A DNA stretch of 64,000 nucleotides from Trueperaceae bacterium (GTDB taxonomy: Bacteria > Deinococcota > Deinococci > Deinococcales > Trueperaceae), in assembly GCA_034521815.1 (NCBI GenBank), contig JAXHLW010000001.1, positions 64,001 through 128,000 of the forward strand. Direction: 5' to 3'. The position numbers and the translations under genes were made by a program. This document shows positions 50,298 to 60,583 of this stretch, in pieces (the stretch's first letter is position 1; every line of letters starts with the position of its first letter). The notes below the pieces were generated by a model. That model had not been told where the DNA came from. It worked only from the letters and a program-made list of their open reading frames with translations, and searched no databases.

Positions 50298-50324
50298 ATT
50301 GCGCAGAATGTAGCACCGCGCTCG

Positions 50325-51419
50325 TCAGAACAGGCCCGGCTGCACGCTGTGGCCGGGAACGCGGAACGCGGCGGCGGACAGCGTGGGCCTGCCTTCGAGC
50401 CCGTGCTGGCGGCAGGAAAGCCGGAACAGCGCCCGCACCTGCTCGGCGTACGTCCCTTCGCCCTTCATGCGGCTGCCGAAGGTGCCGTCGTTCATCCGGC
50501 CCCCGCGCACCTCCCGGATGCGCGCCAGGATGCGGCGGGCCCGGGCGGGGTCGCGGGTCTCGAGCCAGGACGTGAACACCTCTTCGACCGCGTGCGGAAG
50601 CCGCATCATGACCGTGCCCGCGAAGCTCGCGCCCGCCTCGGCCGCCGCCGCGAGAATCGCGGGGATCTCCGGGTCGGTCAGCCCCGGAATCACCGGAGCG
50701 ACGTTCACCCCGACGGGTACGCCCGCCTCCGCCAGCGCGCGGATGGCCGCCAGGCGTCTCGCGGGGCTCGAGGTCCGCGGCTCCATCGACGCCCGCAGCT
50801 CGTCGTCCAGCGTGGTGATGCTGATCGTCACCGCGACCGCGTCGTGCCGAGCGAGCTCCTCGAGCAGGTCCAGATCGCGCGTGACCAGGTGGTTCTTGGT
50901 GATCAGCGACACCGGCTGACGGAACTCGGCCAGCACCTCGAGGCAGCCCCGGGTGACACGCTCGCGACGCTCCAGCGGCTGGTACGGGTCGGTGACGCCC
51001 GACATCGCGATCGGCCTGGGCGTCCAGGACGGTTTGGACAGCGCGTCCCGGAGCAGCGCCGGCGCGTCGCGCTTCACGAAGATCTGGCGCTCGAAGTCCA
51101 GGCCGGCCGAGAGCCCCAGGTACTCGTGGGTCGGCCGCGCGTAGCAGTACACGCAGCCGTGCTCGCAGCCTCGGTACGGGTTGACGCTGACGTCGAACCC
51201 CACGTCGGGGCTCTGGTTGCGGGCCAGGACGGTCTTCGAGGCGTCGACGTGGACGCGGGTCTCGGGGCGAGCGTCCTCGGGCTCGAACGCGTCCGGGTCG
51301 CGCTCGACCTCGCGCGCGGTGAAGCGGTTGCGAGGGTCCGCCTTCGCGCCGCGTCCCGCGAAGCGAGGGCCCGCGCCGCGTTCCGGCGTGTCGTCGCCGC
51401 GGTGGGGGTCGTGACTCAC
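50325..51419 (-). CDS. Radical SAM protein, PA0069/Rv2578c (SplB-like) family
   Basis: NPYRGCEHGCVYCYARPTH, TDPYQPLE, ITKN, EPRTSSP..RL, C-terminal QPGLF. Confidence 0.92.
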   Translation of the reverse strand: MSHDPHRGDDTPERGAGPRFAGRGAKADPRNRFTAREVERDPDAFEPEDARPETRVHVDASKTVLARNQSPDVGFDVSVNPYRGCEHGCVYCYARPTHEYLGLSAGLDFERQIFVKRDAPALLRDALSKPSWTPRPIAMSGVTDPYQPLERRERVTRGCLEVLAEFRQPVSLITKNHLVTRDLDLLEELARHDAVAVTISITTLDDELRASMEPRTSSPARRLAAIRALAEAGVPVGVNVAPVIPGLTDPEIPAILAAAAEAGASFAGTVMMRLPHAVEEVFTSWLETRDPARARRILARIREVRGGRMNDGTFGSRMKGEGTYAEQVRALFRLSCRQHGLEGRPTLSAAAFRVPGHSVQPGLF

Positions 51420-51430
51420 GTCGACTCCGT

Positions 51431-52090
51431 TCAGCTCAGGTGCTTGCGGGCCCAGGAGACCAGCGGCTCGGCGTCGCCGAAGGTCCGGGCCACGCGCGAG
51501 ACGACCTCGCCGGGGTCGAAGAGCCAGTCGCCCGCAGGATGCGCGCGGTGGATCGTCACGCCGGTGTGCTTGAGCAGCTCGAGACGCGGATGGTCCGGAT
51601 CCACGTCGCGTGGCCCGCGCTTCAGCGTCGCGCCGGCCAGCTCGTAGCCCTTCGCCGCGAGCTCCCGCTGGATCCGGACCAGCTCGGCGCCGCTCGCCTC
51701 GGCGTCGACGGCGCGGCGGAAGCTGCGGAGCGCGTCGCCGGACAGCCGATGGGCACCCGCGGCGACGTACAGCTTCGCGGCGTCGAGGTGAACGTAGCGC
51801 GCCGCTACGGCGTCGCGTCCGCCGATGGTCGCGGCGACCCATTCCTTGTACGGGCGCTTGTCGTTGCTGAAGCGGACGTCGCGGTTGGGACGGAACAGCC
51901 GGCCGGGACCGAACAGGCCCTCGAGCTCGGCGATCAGCGCCTGCATCGGCCCTCGGACCCAGCGCTCGTAGCGGTCGCGGTGGGCGTCGAACCAGGCCTT
52001 GTCGTTGTGTTGGGCCAACTCGCGCAGGAAGGCGAGCGATTCAGGACCGAACCCTTCGAACCTCCCCGGCGTGGCGTCGCGTCGGGCCAC
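51431..52090 (-). CDS. DUF2461 family protein
   Basis: FLRELAQHNDKAWFDAHRDRYE, LFRPNRDVRFSNDKRPYK, HPRLELLK; SD GGAGGAGG. Confidence 0.9.
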   Translation of the reverse strand: MARRDATPGRFEGFGPESLAFLRELAQHNDKAWFDAHRDRYERWVRGPMQALIAELEGLFGPGRLFRPNRDVRFSNDKRPYKEWVAATIGGRDAVAARYVHLDAAKLYVAAGAHRLSGDALRSFRRAVDAEASGAELVRIQRELAAKGYELAGATLKRGPRDVDPDHPRLELLKHTGVTIHRAHPAGDWLFDPGEVVSRVARTFGDAEPLVSWARKHLS

Positions 52091-52282
52091 GGATCTCCTC
52101 CTCCCCAACGGCAGCCGCCAACGTAGCAGCCAGGGCCACCGCGGCGTGTCGCGCGTCCGTGTGGAGTCCGACCGGCTCGCTGCGACCAGGGGGCATAGAC
52201 TGACTCGAGCACCTCGCATTCGAGCACCTTCCGCGCGCGGGGCGCTCGGATCCAGGCGCTCGGGTCCAGGGAGGGGGCGACC

Positions 52283-52786
52283 TTGTCCGATCCCGCAGTG
52301 GCGAAACGAGACGTGGACGACGAAGGCCGCGAAGACGACCGCGAGGCGTCGACCGACCGCGGGCGCCGCTCGCCTGCGCGAGGTCCGATGCTCGTCGTCG
52401 GGGGGCTCGTCGTCGCGGTCGTTGCCGTCGCGTCGTGGACGTGGTTCCTTCCGGTGGAGAGGCCCAGCGCGCTCACCGCCGAGGCCCGACGGCAGGTCGG
52501 GCAGGCCGTGTCGAGCGCGGAGGCTGCGGCCGCCGAGATCGTGCTCGCCGACGTTCGCGCCGAGATCACGGGGTCGCTCCGGTCCGACGAGGTGCGAGCC
52601 CGAGCGACGGAGACGATCGACCGGGTGCGCACGGCGGTCGCTCCCCTGGAGCGCTCGGAGCGCGTGCCCGCCGACGAGCTCGACGCTCGCCTCGACGAGT
52701 TGGCGCGGCTGCTCCGAGCGGGTGACCCCGCGGTCGGCGAGGCGCTCGAAGCGCTCGAGCGTCTCGCGAAGGAGGCCGGGCGGTGA
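52283..52786 (+). CDS. Single-TM hypothetical protein with a helical extracytoplasmic domain
   Basis: SD GGAGG before TTG, one hydrophobic segment, GTGA overlap with the next gene. Confidence 0.6.
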   Translation: MSDPAVAKRDVDDEGREDDREASTDRGRRSPARGPMLVVGGLVVAVVAVASWTWFLPVERPSALTAEARRQVGQAVSSAEAAAAEIVLADVRAEITGSLRSDEVRARATETIDRVRTAVAPLERSERVPADELDARLDELARLLRAGDPAVGEALEALERLAKEAGR

Positions 52787-54723
52787 GCGCAGCGATCCGA
52801 AGAGCCGTCCCCGCCCTCGCGATCGTCGCCGCATGGATCCTGGCCACATGGTGCGTCGTGGCCCTGGCCCAGCCCGCCCCGGGCAGCGAGGACGCAGACC
52901 TCGCCGCCGTGCGGGTCCTCCGGATCGGCGAGGAGGCGGAGACGCTCGACGTCTGGCTGGGCGAGCGCCGGATCGTGTCTGGGCTCGGTCTCGGGGGACC
53001 CTCCGACTACGTCGTCGTGCCCGCGGGGCGGCACGAGCTGGCCGTCGCTTCTCCCGCAGGCGACACGCCGGGACCGGTTCCCTCCTCGGCGCTCGGTAGC
53101 GTCGATCTCGCAGCAGGCGGCTACGCCACCGTCGTCGTGCCCGCCTCCGCCTCGGCGGCGACCCCGCCGTTCGTCGTCGACGATCCGCTGCGCGAGCTCC
53201 CGCCAGCCGGCAGCGCGGGCCTCCGGCTGGTGCATGCCGCCGCCGGACGCCCCGCGCTCGCGTTGGCGGTCCGCGATGCGGACGCCCAGGCGGGGGGACG
53301 TGCCCCGCCTGGCCTGGTGGATCCTCCCGACGTCACCCTGTACGCCGGGAGAGCGGCGCCGATGCGCGGTTCCGGCTACACCATGATCGACGCCGGAAGC
53401 TATCGCCTCTGGTTCGTCGGGGAGGACGCCGGCCTGGTGCTTGCAGGGCCGGTCGAGCTTCAGATGCGACCTGGCGTCCTGTACACGATGTTCCTGGCCG
53501 GTAGCCGATCGGGAGAGGCGCGGGTGGTCGTGTCGGTCGACGCCACCACGGTCGCGTCGACCCAGAGCGACGGGTCCGGCGCCGCATCGCTCAGGCTGCT
53601 GCACGCCTCGCCCGATGCGCCGCTCGTCGACCTCCTCGTCGACGGCAGGTTGACGCTCCGAAACGTGAAGGCGCGAATCCCTACGGCGTACGAAAGCGTG
53701 TCGCCAGGCTGGCACCGCCTCGAGGTGTACCCTCACCGATTGCCTGGACCCTTGCGGCTGCCGGGGGACGGTGGTGGGACCGAGGACGCCGTGAGCGACG
53801 ACTCGTCCTCGGCGACCTCGGGGTCCGACGGGGCGGCCGAGACCGACGTCCGTTTCGAGCCTCCACGACTCGAGCCGGTAACGGTCTATGTGGACGTTCG
53901 CCCTCTGGAGTACACGATGCTCGTGCTCACAGGGCGATTCGATCCACCACCAGAAGGCTCGACGCCCGGCGCGCTCAGCGTGGCGGTGGAGCCTACCGAT
54001 GCCGTCGTCGTCGTGCAGGGTCCGGGCGGCGGCGTGGCATCGTCGCCTGGACCCAAGCTGCTCGACGAGCTCGCGCCCGGGACCTACCGGATCGAGGTGC
54101 GAAAGGAGGGCTATCGGACCGCTCGTTACGAGGTCGACGTGCGGTCGGAGGGCACGGTCGTCGTGAACGTCACGCTGCAAAGCGCGCCGGCGGGTGGAGA
54201 GGCCGTGAGCGACGATGCGGCCGGAGACGGGGAAGCGACGGAGGACGGGGAAGCGACGGAGGACGGGGCTCCCACGTTCATGCAGGACAGCTCCGTGCAG
54301 GCGGGACGCCGGCGGCTCGAGCTGCAAATCTTCGCGAGCGCCATTCCGACGGCCGGACCCGGGAGGGCGCGGGTGCGCTTCGCGCACGTCGCCCCGTCGG
54401 TCCCGCCCCTCGAGATCGTCGCCACGCGAGGGGACGGGGGCGACGAGGAGGGCGACTCGACGGACGAGACGCTCCGTATCGAACGTTTGGCGTATCCGAA
54501 CGCCAGCCCCTACCTGTCGGTTCCCGCCGAGTCCCAGACGCTCACGTTCAGCGTGGCCGGAAGCCAGAATCGGATTCGACGCGTCGACGGTTTGGGCTTC
54601 CGCCCCGGCGTGAGCTACACCCTCTACCTCGTCGAGCGCGAGAGCAGGCTCGAGTTCGCGATCGTACCGGTCGTGGACGCGATCACGCCGCAGCGCGGGC
54701 CGGAGCAAGGGAGTTCACGATGA
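52783..54723 (+). CDS. Secreted protein with repeated DUF4397-like domains and a PEGA-like domain
   Basis: Signal peptide; RLVHAA, RLLHASPDAPLVDL and RFAHVAP repeats; PGTYRIEVRKEGY (PEGA). Confidence 0.8.
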   Translation: MSAAIRRAVPALAIVAAWILATWCVVALAQPAPGSEDADLAAVRVLRIGEEAETLDVWLGERRIVSGLGLGGPSDYVVVPAGRHELAVASPAGDTPGPVPSSALGSVDLAAGGYATVVVPASASAATPPFVVDDPLRELPPAGSAGLRLVHAAAGRPALALAVRDADAQAGGRAPPGLVDPPDVTLYAGRAAPMRGSGYTMIDAGSYRLWFVGEDAGLVLAGPVELQMRPGVLYTMFLAGSRSGEARVVVSVDATTVASTQSDGSGAASLRLLHASPDAPLVDLLVDGRLTLRNVKARIPTAYESVSPGWHRLEVYPHRLPGPLRLPGDGGGTEDAVSDDSSSATSGSDGAAETDVRFEPPRLEPVTVYVDVRPLEYTMLVLTGRFDPPPEGSTPGALSVAVEPTDAVVVVQGPGGGVASSPGPKLLDELAPGTYRIEVRKEGYRTARYEVDVRSEGTVVVNVTLQSAPAGGEAVSDDAAGDGEATEDGEATEDGAPTFMQDSSVQAGRRRLELQIFASAIPTAGPGRARVRFAHVAPSVPPLEIVATRGDGGDEEGDSTDETLRIERLAYPNASPYLSVPAESQTLTFSVAGSQNRIRRVDGLGFRPGVSYTLYLVERESRLEFAIVPVVDAITPQRGPEQGSSR

Positions 54724-55847
54724 TCGCTGCGCTTCGGGCGGTGTGGGCGAATCCGTACGTGAGAGTTCTGGTGCTCGTCGCGCTGGTGGTGGTCACGTTC
54801 CTGGTGGTCCGTCAGACGCGACTGGTGTGGGGCAGTCTTCTGGTCGCGATCGTCGTCGCGTACCTGGTCTCGCCCGTCGTCGACGTCGCGGCGCGGCTGG
54901 GCTATCCCAGGTGGGTCGGCGTGCTGACCGTCGCCGGGATGCTGCTCGTCGCGACGGCAGGCGTGGGCGCTCTGGCCATCCTCGTCTCGGTGCAGCTGGC
55001 GGATCTGAGCACGGAAGTGCCCGGCCTGCTGGAGGCGGTGCGCGAGGGGCCGTTTCGGTTGGCCCGCCTGGTCGACCCGTCGTTCGGACCGGTCTTCGAG
55101 CAGGTCTTCTCCACCACCTACGTTCTGTCGGGGCGTCTGGCCGACGACGTGATTCCGTCGGTCCAGGGCGTCGGTGCCGTCGGCGTGCGCCGCACGCTCG
55201 GAGCGTTGAGCGACGCGGGCACCAGCGTGGCACTCGTCCTGGTCGTATCGCTCTACCTGATGCACCGGTTCCCGGACTACCTGGCCTCGACGCTCGAGGC
55301 CGTTGCGCCCCGCCACCGCCCGTTCGTCCGCAACATGGCGGACAAGGCGGATCGCTCGATCGGCGGGTTCGTTCGCGGTCAGCTCGCGCTCGCGCTCGTG
55401 GTCGGCGTGCTGAGCGCCGTCGGCCTGTCGCTCCTCGGCATCCCCCTCGCTCTCGTGCTGGGCGTGCTCGCGGGCATCTTCAACCTGATCCCGTTCTTCG
55501 GGCCGATCATCGTCATGGTTCCCACGGTGATCATCGCAGCGACCGTGAGCTGGGTCCACGTGGTCGGGGCGGTCGCCATTCTGCTGGTCGTCAACTTCGT
55601 CGACGGGAACGTGCTCATGCCGCTGGTGTACTCGCGGACGGTCGCGCTCGATCCGATCACGATCATCGTCGCGATCCTGTTCGGCCTCTCGCTCTTCGGC
55701 CTGCTCGGCGCTCTGGTCGCCGTACCGTTGGCGGCATTCATGAAGGTCGTCTACGTGGAGGAGATCCAGGGTCGGTCACGTCGCCCTCGCGACGACCGCC
55801 CGCGCGACGACCGCCCGCGCGACGAGTCGGAGGAGTCGACCGCCTGA
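54720..55847 (+). CDS. AI-2E family transporter
   Basis: AYLVSPVV, GFVRGQL, NLIPFFGP, GNVLMP, FGLLGALVAVP. Confidence 0.92.
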   Translation: MIAALRAVWANPYVRVLVLVALVVVTFLVVRQTRLVWGSLLVAIVVAYLVSPVVDVAARLGYPRWVGVLTVAGMLLVATAGVGALAILVSVQLADLSTEVPGLLEAVREGPFRLARLVDPSFGPVFEQVFSTTYVLSGRLADDVIPSVQGVGAVGVRRTLGALSDAGTSVALVLVVSLYLMHRFPDYLASTLEAVAPRHRPFVRNMADKADRSIGGFVRGQLALALVVGVLSAVGLSLLGIPLALVLGVLAGIFNLIPFFGPIIVMVPTVIIAATVSWVHVVGAVAILLVVNFVDGNVLMPLVYSRTVALDPITIIVAILFGLSLFGLLGALVAVPLAAFMKVVYVEEIQGRSRRPRDDRPRDDRPRDESEESTA

Positions 55848-55923
55848 CGCCGGTCCCCGGGCCGGCCCGTACCGGCCCGTACCGGTCGTCAGCGTCGGCG
55901 CCGCGACGACGGCGGCCTCCGTC

Positions 55924-57966
<2,043 letters not shown>

Positions 57967-58023
57967 GACCCTCAGGCTACGCCCGAGGGTCGGCTCGGAC
58001 CGTCAGGTGCCGTGCGAATCCCG

Positions 58024-60492
58024 TCAGTACGCCGGTCGCCAGGCGCCTCCCTGTTCGCGCACGAACGGCAGCCAGGCGATCGCGACGAGGTGCGGCGCCA
58101 CCCCGCTCGCCGGCAGGCGGATCTCGACGGTGCCGATCTCCAGCTCGGAGCCCAGCGGAGCGCGCAGCGCGTCCATCTCGTTCTCGAGCTCGGTGCTCAG
58201 CTCCTGAAGCTCCGTCTCCGCCCGCGCCAGCGCCTTGCGGGCCTCGGCGACGTCGGACGCCTCCTTCTGGACCCGTCCCGCCGAGCGCAGCGTGGTGCCG
58301 ATCTTGCTGGAGCTCGGTGCCTTGCCGCCCAGGAACCCGCTCAGCAGCGCCGAGCCGACCCGCACGACGGTATCGAGCTGGCGTTGACGCGACTGGGCCT
58401 GCTGCTGCGAGACGGCGGCCTCGGCGCGTGCCACGCGGTTCTCGACGGTGCGGACCTTGGAGGCGTAGCGCTCGCGCAGGCGCGCTTTCTCCTCGTCGCG
58501 CCGCTCGCGCTCGCGCAGCGCGGCACGCTCGCGGAACGCGGCCTCGCTCTCGCCGGGTCGCCCGACCAGGTCGGTCGCTTCGTGCGTGAACAGCCGCAGC
58601 GGCCGCTCGGCGCGCAGCCAGCGCACGAACCCCTTCTGCGCGTCCTTCAGGGCGCTGGCGCTCAGGTCGCCCGGCAGGTCGCCACCGAACGCGCCGTCTG
58701 CCGGCGCGACGTCCATCAGGTCGTCCAGCGACAGCGGCACGTCGCGACCCGCCGCCCAGTCCACCGGTGCCGCGCCCATCGGCACGTCGGCGATCCGGAC
58801 CACGGTCTCGTGATGCTCGACCGGGGGCCGCTTGCGACTCCACGACAGGCCCGCCGCGGCCAGCAGGTGCGGCAGCCAGGTGGTGCTGGCGCCCTCCGGC
58901 GCGCGCGACGGCGCGAAGAACTCGGGCACGTCGTGCGGGAGCATCGGCCTGCGCGACGACGCTGGAGCCCCGCTCGCGGAGGTCGCCACCGCCGCCGCGC
59001 CGGCCCCGTGGGGAGCCGTGGCGCCGGCAGCGGGCGCCCCGCCCGCCGTGGCGCGGGCGTCGGCGAGCTCGTTCCGGATCGGATGGTCGGCCATCAGCCG
59101 CTCGATCTGCGGCCGCGCCAGCGGCCCGGCCAGGTAGCTCATCACCCAGCGCGTCCGCATCAGCCGGGGCGCACGCTCGTGCACGCTGTGGAGCAGGAAG
59201 GTGCGCTTGTCGAGCCCGGCCAGCCGCTGCCCCAGCTCGCGGGTGTCGACGCCCGCCGAGGAGTCCGCCCGGCTGAGCCCCGACAGCACGCGGTCCCGGT
59301 CCTGCTCGGTCTGCAGCCGCCCCAGGAACCAGGTGCCGGCGTTCGACAGCGCCTTGTAGTCCAGGTCGACCGGGTTCTGCGTCGACAGCACCACGCCGAT
59401 CCCGAACGCCCGCGCCTGCTTCAGCAGCGTCAGGAGCGGCGTCTTGCTGGGCGGATTCGCGGTCGGCGGCAGGTAGCCGAACACCTCGTCGAGGTAGATC
59501 AGGGCGCGCAAGGTCCCGGTGCCGCTCTGCCCCCGCATCCAGGCGATCATCTCGTTCAGGACCAGCGTCGTCGCGAACATCCGCTCGGCATCGGACAGAT
59601 GCGCCGTCGTGATCACGCTGGTGCGCGGGCGACCGTCGGGCGCGGTCAACAGCGCCTCGGCCGCCAGCGGCGTGCCCTGCAGCCAGGGCGCGAACGACGG
59701 CGCGGCGACCAGCGCGTTCAGCTTGCGGGCGAAGGCGGCCCGGTCGCGGACGGGAAGCACGGCGTCGACGCCGAGAACCCCGATCCGATCGAACGGCGGC
59801 GACTGCACCAGCGGGATCAGCTCCTCGAGCGACAGGTCCCGCCCGGCCCGCCACTGGTGGGCCAGCAGCGTGCTGAGCAGCAGGTGCTCGGGACTGGTCA
59901 GCGGATCCGCCGCTTCGCCGGTCAGGCCCAACAGGCCGTCGACCGTGCCTTGCACCCGCTCGGCCAGCGCCTCGGGGTCGTTCCGGACGGCAGCGCCGGG
60001 CGCGGCCAGCGACCTGAGCACGTTCAGCGGCTGGCCGGCGGTCGAGCCGGGGGTGAACACCACCACCTCCCGCGCGGCGTTCAGCCGCCGCACCCGCTCC
60101 GGGGTCTGGCCCCACGACGCCATCCCCTCCCGCCAGGTAGCCGCCGTGGCCTGGGCCGTCTCCGCCGCCGTCGCGCCGCTCCGCCTGGCCTCGACCGGAT
60201 CGACCCACGGCTCCAGGTCGTCACCGCTGGGCTCGGGGAACGCCAGCGCCAGGTTCGTGAGGTCGCCCTTCGGATCGATCGCGACGACCGGAATCCCGTC
60301 CAGTGCGGCCTCTTCGAGCAGGCCGACGCCAAGCCCCGTCTTGCCGCTACCGGTCATGCCGATGATCACCGCGTGCGTGGTCAGGTCGGCGGCGTCCAGC
60401 AGGACCGGTCGTGCGGCGTCGTCGCCGTCCGGCCCCGCCTCGCGACCGAGGAAGAACTCGCCGACGCGCTCTGGAAGGATGGAGTCGCTCAT
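58024..60492 (-). CDS. HerA/FtsK-superfamily ATPase (DUF87-like) with C-terminal coiled coil
   Basis: LTTHAVIIGMTGSGKT (Walker A), IDPKGD, LIYLDEVFG (Walker B), KQARAFG, STQNPVDLD. Confidence 0.85.
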   Translation of the reverse strand: MSDSILPERVGEFFLGREAGPDGDDAARPVLLDAADLTTHAVIIGMTGSGKTGLGVGLLEEAALDGIPVVAIDPKGDLTNLALAFPEPSGDDLEPWVDPVEARRSGATAAETAQATAATWREGMASWGQTPERVRRLNAAREVVVFTPGSTAGQPLNVLRSLAAPGAAVRNDPEALAERVQGTVDGLLGLTGEAADPLTSPEHLLLSTLLAHQWRAGRDLSLEELIPLVQSPPFDRIGVLGVDAVLPVRDRAAFARKLNALVAAPSFAPWLQGTPLAAEALLTAPDGRPRTSVITTAHLSDAERMFATTLVLNEMIAWMRGQSGTGTLRALIYLDEVFGYLPPTANPPSKTPLLTLLKQARAFGIGVVLSTQNPVDLDYKALSNAGTWFLGRLQTEQDRDRVLSGLSRADSSAGVDTRELGQRLAGLDKRTFLLHSVHERAPRLMRTRWVMSYLAGPLARPQIERLMADHPIRNELADARATAGGAPAAGATAPHGAGAAAVATSASGAPASSRRPMLPHDVPEFFAPSRAPEGASTTWLPHLLAAAGLSWSRKRPPVEHHETVVRIADVPMGAAPVDWAAGRDVPLSLDDLMDVAPADGAFGGDLPGDLSASALKDAQKGFVRWLRAERPLRLFTHEATDLVGRPGESEAAFRERAALRERERRDEEKARLRERYASKVRTVENRVARAEAAVSQQQAQSRQRQLDTVVRVGSALLSGFLGGKAPSSSKIGTTLRSAGRVQKEASDVAEARKALARAETELQELSTELENEMDALRAPLGSELEIGTVEIRLPASGVAPHLVAIAWLPFVREQGGAWRPAY

Positions 60493-60583
60493 GGGCGCCA
60501 TCGTACTCGGCGGTGCTACCGTGCAGCACGATGATGAACGCCTGCGAACGCCGCCCTCGCACGACCGTCTCGCGAGGCTCGCG

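Noticed and set aside
58024..60492. HerA-based anti-phage system or HerA-NurA module
   Set aside because: No adjacent nuclease, SIR2 or NurA gene; the flanks are housekeeping uvrB and polA.
59519..60583. 355-aa N-terminal extension of PolA in the ORF track
   Set aside because: It overlaps the HerA-like gene on the opposite strand. The canonical PolA N-terminus (KTFYLLDG) begins at GTG 60584.
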